Translations under genes and position numbers: made by a program
Assembly (NCBI GenBank): GCA_046597055.1
Contig: JBKJLC010000256.1
Span: 1 to 10,891 of the forward strand
Source: Kofleriaceae bacterium
GTDB lineage: Bacteria > Myxococcota_A > Polyangia > Haliangiales > Haliangiaceae
Direction: 5' to 3'
Length of the DNA: 10,891 bases
Notes under the pieces: model-generated
What the model was told of the DNA's origin: nothing
Database searches by the model: none
What the model saw: the letters and a program-made list of their open reading frames with translations, nothing else
Part shown: positions 7,834-10,891 of the stretch, piece by piece
Position numbering within the stretch: position 1 is the stretch's first letter
Layout: the number at the start of each line of letters is the position of its first letter

Positions 7834-9003
7834 ATGATGAACCGCCGCGCGATGTCGGACTTCGTGAAGGACCCGCTGAAGGTCAAGGCCACCCTCGAGA
7901 AGCTATTCGAGAACGATCTGCACAGCCGGCGGGTGTTGTCGCTCGCCAACAGCGTCGTCGGGGTGCTCGATGCGGCGGCTCTCTCGATCCACGCGATCGG
8001 GCGCGGCTACGCGCACGCGACGGGGCTGAACGCCAAGCACGGCGTCAAGCAGACGGACCGGCTCCTCAGCAACGCCGGGATCGACGTGTGGGCGCTGTTC
8101 AAGCCGTGGGCGGACTTCGTCATCGGACCGCGCAAGGAGATCGTGATCGCCCTCGACTGGACCGATTTCGACGCCGACGACCACTCGACGCTGGCCGGGT
8201 ATCTGATCACCAGTCACGGCCGCGCGACACCGCTGATCTGGATGACCGTCACGAAATCGGAACTCGAAGGGAAGCGGAACGGGCACGAGTACCGGCTGCT
8301 CGAGCGGCTCCACGCGTGCGTCGCGCCCGATGTGAAGATCACGGTGCTTGCCGATCGCGGCTTCGGCGACCAGAAGCTGTACCGACTGCTCGAGACGCTG
8401 GGATGGGACTACGTCATCCGGTTTCGTGGCGCGATTCAGGTCGAGGGCGCCGACGGCGAACGCAAGCCGGCCTCGCAGTGGGTGCCGTCGACAGGTCGTG
8501 CGACGATGATTCGGGACGCGCGGGTCACGCGCACGCGCACGGAGGTGCCCGCGGTTGTCGTGGTCCACGCGCCGAAGATGAAGGAGGCCTGGTGCCTCGC
8601 GACGACGATGCGCGAAGCGAAGGCTGCCGAGGTCGTGAAGTTGTATGGCCGCCGGTTCACGATCGAAGAGACCTTCCGCGACCAGAAGGATTCGCGCTTC
8701 GGCCTCGGATTGTCCGCGACCCACATCGGCAAGGCCGATCGCCGCGACAGGCTGCTCCTCGTGGCTGCGATGGCGCAGGCGCTGCTGACGCTTCTCGGCG
8801 CCGCCGGTGAGGCGTGCGGCCTGGATCGGCTGATGAAGACCAACACGTCGAAGAAGCGCACGATGTCGCTGTTCAACCAAGGCATCAACCTCTACGCAGC
8901 GATCCCGATGATGAAGGAGGAGAAGCTCACGCTGCTGATGCCAGCGTTCGATGCCGAGGTTCGCCGCCACGAGGTATTCCGGCAGGTGTTCGGCGCGATT
9001 TGA
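7819..9003 (+). CDS. IS4-family DDE transposase
   Basis: Catalytic motifs IALDWTD, VLADRGF and YGRRFTIEETFRDQK (the IS4 Y-2-R-3-E-6-K signature). The stop overlaps the right IR. The real start may be ATG 7834/7837, downstream of GAGGTGG (7816-7822). Confidence 0.96.
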   Translation: MVSDGMMNRRAMSDFVKDPLKVKATLEKLFENDLHSRRVLSLANSVVGVLDAAALSIHAIGRGYAHATGLNAKHGVKQTDRLLSNAGIDVWALFKPWADFVIGPRKEIVIALDWTDFDADDHSTLAGYLITSHGRATPLIWMTVTKSELEGKRNGHEYRLLERLHACVAPDVKITVLADRGFGDQKLYRLLETLGWDYVIRFRGAIQVEGADGERKPASQWVPSTGRATMIRDARVTRTRTEVPAVVVVHAPKMKEAWCLATTMREAKAAEVVKLYGRRFTIEETFRDQKDSRFGLGLSATHIGKADRRDRLLLVAAMAQALLTLLGAAGEACGLDRLMKTNTSKKRTMSLFNQGINLYAAIPMMKEEKLTLLMPAFDAEVRRHEVFRQVFGAI

Positions 9004-9016
9004 GGGGATGGCTCAG

Positions 9017-9025
9017 GTGGGATGC
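9017..9025 (+). repeat. Target site duplication, right copy (GTGGGATGC)
   Basis: Identical 9-mer at 7732-7740. Confidence 0.95.
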
Positions 9026-9529
9026 ACATCCGTGGGAGCTCATGATTCCGCTCGACCGGGGCGGGCCCACGTTCGTCCTCCATCCCAACGTGGCCGATGA
9101 CGAGGCCCGAGCCTACGCCCAGGCGCCGCACGTGCTCTTGCTGGGCCTGATGAACTACCCGGACGTTCCGTTCGGCATGTCGATGTTCGGCTACGACCTC
9201 GACGAGGTCGCAGCCGGACGCTCGACGGTCGTGGGCCTCCCGGATGTGATGCAAGTGCCCGAGTCGGGCGCTCGGTTCACGGTACTCGGGCCCTCGCTGA
9301 TCGACGTCTTCGCCGATGTGATCAGGGGCTACATCGCGAGTTGGGGTACCCGCGACGGCAGCGGAGCGAACGAAGAACGCCACGAGGCCGAGAAGGAGCT
9401 CGCGGCCGTCGAGGCGGTCCGGCGGGAACTCGCAGGCCGCTGATCGTTGCGCGGTGCGCCGGTCCGCCGCAGGCCTCCAAGTTCGTCCCGCGACGGCCCA
9501 CGGCTGGCCCGCCGGGATAACATCCGCGC

Positions 9530-10618
9530 ATGGCCCAGGACCTGGCACTTCCAGCATCGGGTCCGGACATGATCGAGCTCCTGCCGGTCCCACGAGTCGT
9601 CGTCCCGCGCGCGGGCGTGCTCGTGCTGCCTCGCGATGGCGTCGTCGCGCCGGCTGCCGCGTCGCGTCGCCTCTGCCAGGCGCTCGAGCGCGCGACCGAT
9701 GGCCGGTGGTCGAGCGGGACAGACGGAGTCGTCGCTGTGGCGATCGATCCGGCGGTGCCGTCGCAGGGCTATCGGTTGTCGGTCCACGCCGCCGGCGTGT
9801 CGATCGTCGGCGGCGATCTGGCGGGCGCGTTCTACGCTGCCTGCACGCTCGCGCAACTCGTGGACGTGCACGGCACGAAACTCCCATACGTCGAGATCGA
9901 GGATCACCCCGAGCTGATGGTCCGGGGCGTGATGCTCGACATCAGCAGGGACAAGGTCCCGACGATGGCGACCCTGCGCGAGCTGATCGACCTGCTTGCG
10001 AGCTGGAAGATCAATCAGTTCCAGCTCTACACGGAGCATACGTTCGCGTATCGCGCGCACCCGGAGGTGTGGGCGACCGCGTCGCCGATCACTGCGGAGG
10101 AAGTCGTCGAGCTCGACGCGTACTGCCGCGAGCGCTTCATCGAGCTGGTACCGAACCAGAACAGCTTCGGCCACCTCGAGCGGTGGTTCATGCACGAGCG
10201 GTATCGACCGCTCGCCGAGACCGACGGCGGCGTCGAGCTGCCCTGGGGCGAGATCACCAGGCATCCGTTCACGCTCGCGCCGTCGGCCGCGGGGCTCGAG
10301 CTCCTCGACGGGCTGTACGGCGAGCTATTGCCGAACTTCACGAGCTCGCGCTTCAACGTGGGCTGCGACGAGACCTACGACGTGGGGCTGGGCAAGTCAC
10401 GTGCCCGGGTCCAGGCGGTGGGGCGCCCGCGGGTGTGGCTGGACTTCGTGCGCGAGATCCACGCGCTCGCCGGGCGCCACGGCCGGTCGCTCCAGGTCTG
10501 GGGCGACACCGTGCGACGGCATCCCGAGCTGTTCCCGGACCTGCCGCGCGACATCACGATCCTCGACTGGGGCTACGATCGGGAGCGCAGCCTGGCTCAG
10601 CAGGAGCGAATTGTTTGA
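9530..10618 (+). CDS. Glycoside hydrolase family 20 (beta-N-acetylhexosaminidase-like), probably C-terminally truncated
   Basis: N-terminal LLPVPR and QGYRLSV...GAFYA, then IEDHPELMVRGVMLDISRDKVP, INQFQLYTEH, IELVPNQNSFGH, the catalytic pair in NVGCDETYD, WGD and DWGY. The ORF stops 13 codons after DWGY. An alternative start is ATG 9569. Confidence 0.88.
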   Translation: MAQDLALPASGPDMIELLPVPRVVVPRAGVLVLPRDGVVAPAAASRRLCQALERATDGRWSSGTDGVVAVAIDPAVPSQGYRLSVHAAGVSIVGGDLAGAFYAACTLAQLVDVHGTKLPYVEIEDHPELMVRGVMLDISRDKVPTMATLRELIDLLASWKINQFQLYTEHTFAYRAHPEVWATASPITAEEVVELDAYCRERFIELVPNQNSFGHLERWFMHERYRPLAETDGGVELPWGEITRHPFTLAPSAAGLELLDGLYGELLPNFTSSRFNVGCDETYDVGLGKSRARVQAVGRPRVWLDFVREIHALAGRHGRSLQVWGDTVRRHPELFPDLPRDITILDWGYDRERSLAQQERIV

Positions 10619-10708
10619 TGGGAAAGTGGCCGATTCTGGTCAATGAAACTGATGGTCGCCCGCTTTCCCCTTTTCATCCCCTACGGTGATCACGGTTCCA
10701 TCAAACAA
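10611..10708. repeat. Inverted repeat TTGTTTGATGG...CCATCAAACAA bounding a lower-GC 98-bp segment
   Basis: Perfect 11-bp IR at 10611-10621 and 10698-10708, extending imperfectly inward (TGTTTGATGGGAAAGTGGCC versus TGTTTGATGGAACCGTGATC, 15/20). Confidence 0.75.
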
Positions 10709-10747
10709 CACGTGATCTGAGGCTCTCTGCCCCCAGAGCGGACCGCA

Positions 10748-10815
10748 GCGCGAGGCGCAGCCCGCCGTTCGTGGCCTGACCATCGCTGCGCCTCGCGCGA
10801 GGACCGCCTCGCGCG
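10748..10815. repeat. GC-rich overlapping palindromes (two mutually exclusive hairpins)
   Basis: GCGCGAGGCGCAGC (10748-10761) pairs perfectly with GCTGCGCCTCGCGC (10785-10798). CGCGCGAGG (10794-10802) pairs with CCTCGCGCG (10807-10815) around an ACCG loop. Confidence 0.75.
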
Positions 10816-10891
10816 GACAGCCAGGCTGGAATCGGAGTACCGGTGCACGTCCGCGCGGTGACGCCAGGTGTGGCGCCCATCGTTCTTCGTG

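Larger units (their letters stand above)
7741..9016 (+). mobile_element. IS4-family insertion sequence, IS10-like, 1276 bp
   Basis: Left IR CTGATGGATCCCCTC (7741-7755) versus the reverse complement of the right end CTGAGCCATCCCCTC (9002-9016), 12/15 identical and close to the IS10 end CTGATGAATCCCCT. Flanked by the 9-bp direct repeat GTGGGATGC. Contains one transposase. Confidence 0.96.
7487..9443 (+). pseudogene. Hypothetical (immunity-like) gene interrupted by the IS4 element; parts 7487-7740 and 9026-9443
   Basis: Removing 7741-9025 (IS plus one TSD copy) joins ...PLRVLWDA to HPWELMIPLDRGG... in frame, giving 672 nt / 223 aa ending at TGA 9443. An alternative start is ATG 7517. Confidence 0.88.

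Noticed and set aside
7903..8970. 355-aa minus-strand ORF inside the IS
   Set aside because: Antisense shadow of the transposase.
8814..9443. 209-aa ORF as an independent gene
   Set aside because: Its first ~68 codons are an alternate frame of the transposase. Only the part from 9018 is real, and it is the 3' half of the interrupted gene.
9454..10689. 411-aa, 216-aa and minus-strand ORFs overlapping the GH20 gene
   Set aside because: Arg-rich alternate-frame or antisense shadows. The GH20 frame carries all the conserved motifs.
10580..10891. Group II intron, integron attC, CRISPR array or intrinsic terminator at the window end
   Set aside because: No GUGYG start at the junction or domain V motif, no RYYYAAC/GTTRRRY box pair, no regularly spaced direct repeats, and no U-tract after the GC hairpins.

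Overview
High-GC window (Myxococcota-like by inference only). It holds the 3' part of a giant secreted/polymorphic-toxin-like gene, open from position 1 to 5262 (>1750 aa in view). The protein has a beta-strand-rich body, Pro/Ala linkers and two distinct enzyme-like C-terminal domains in tandem: a Pol-beta-type nucleotidyltransferase-like domain (GS...DxD...D) and an HExxH+E zinc metallopeptidase. Downstream is a same-strand run of small/medium hypothetical genes with the layout of an immunity cluster: a 444-aa apparently multi-module gene overlapping the toxin stop, a 200-aa gene, and a 223-aa gene split by an intact 1276-bp IS4-family (IS10-like) element with 15-bp imperfect IRs and a perfect 9-bp target duplication. 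A decayed IS21 istB fragment lies on the minus strand inside the cluster. The window ends with a GH20 hexosaminidase-family gene that appears C-terminally truncated where a non-coding stretch rich in nested inverted repeats begins.
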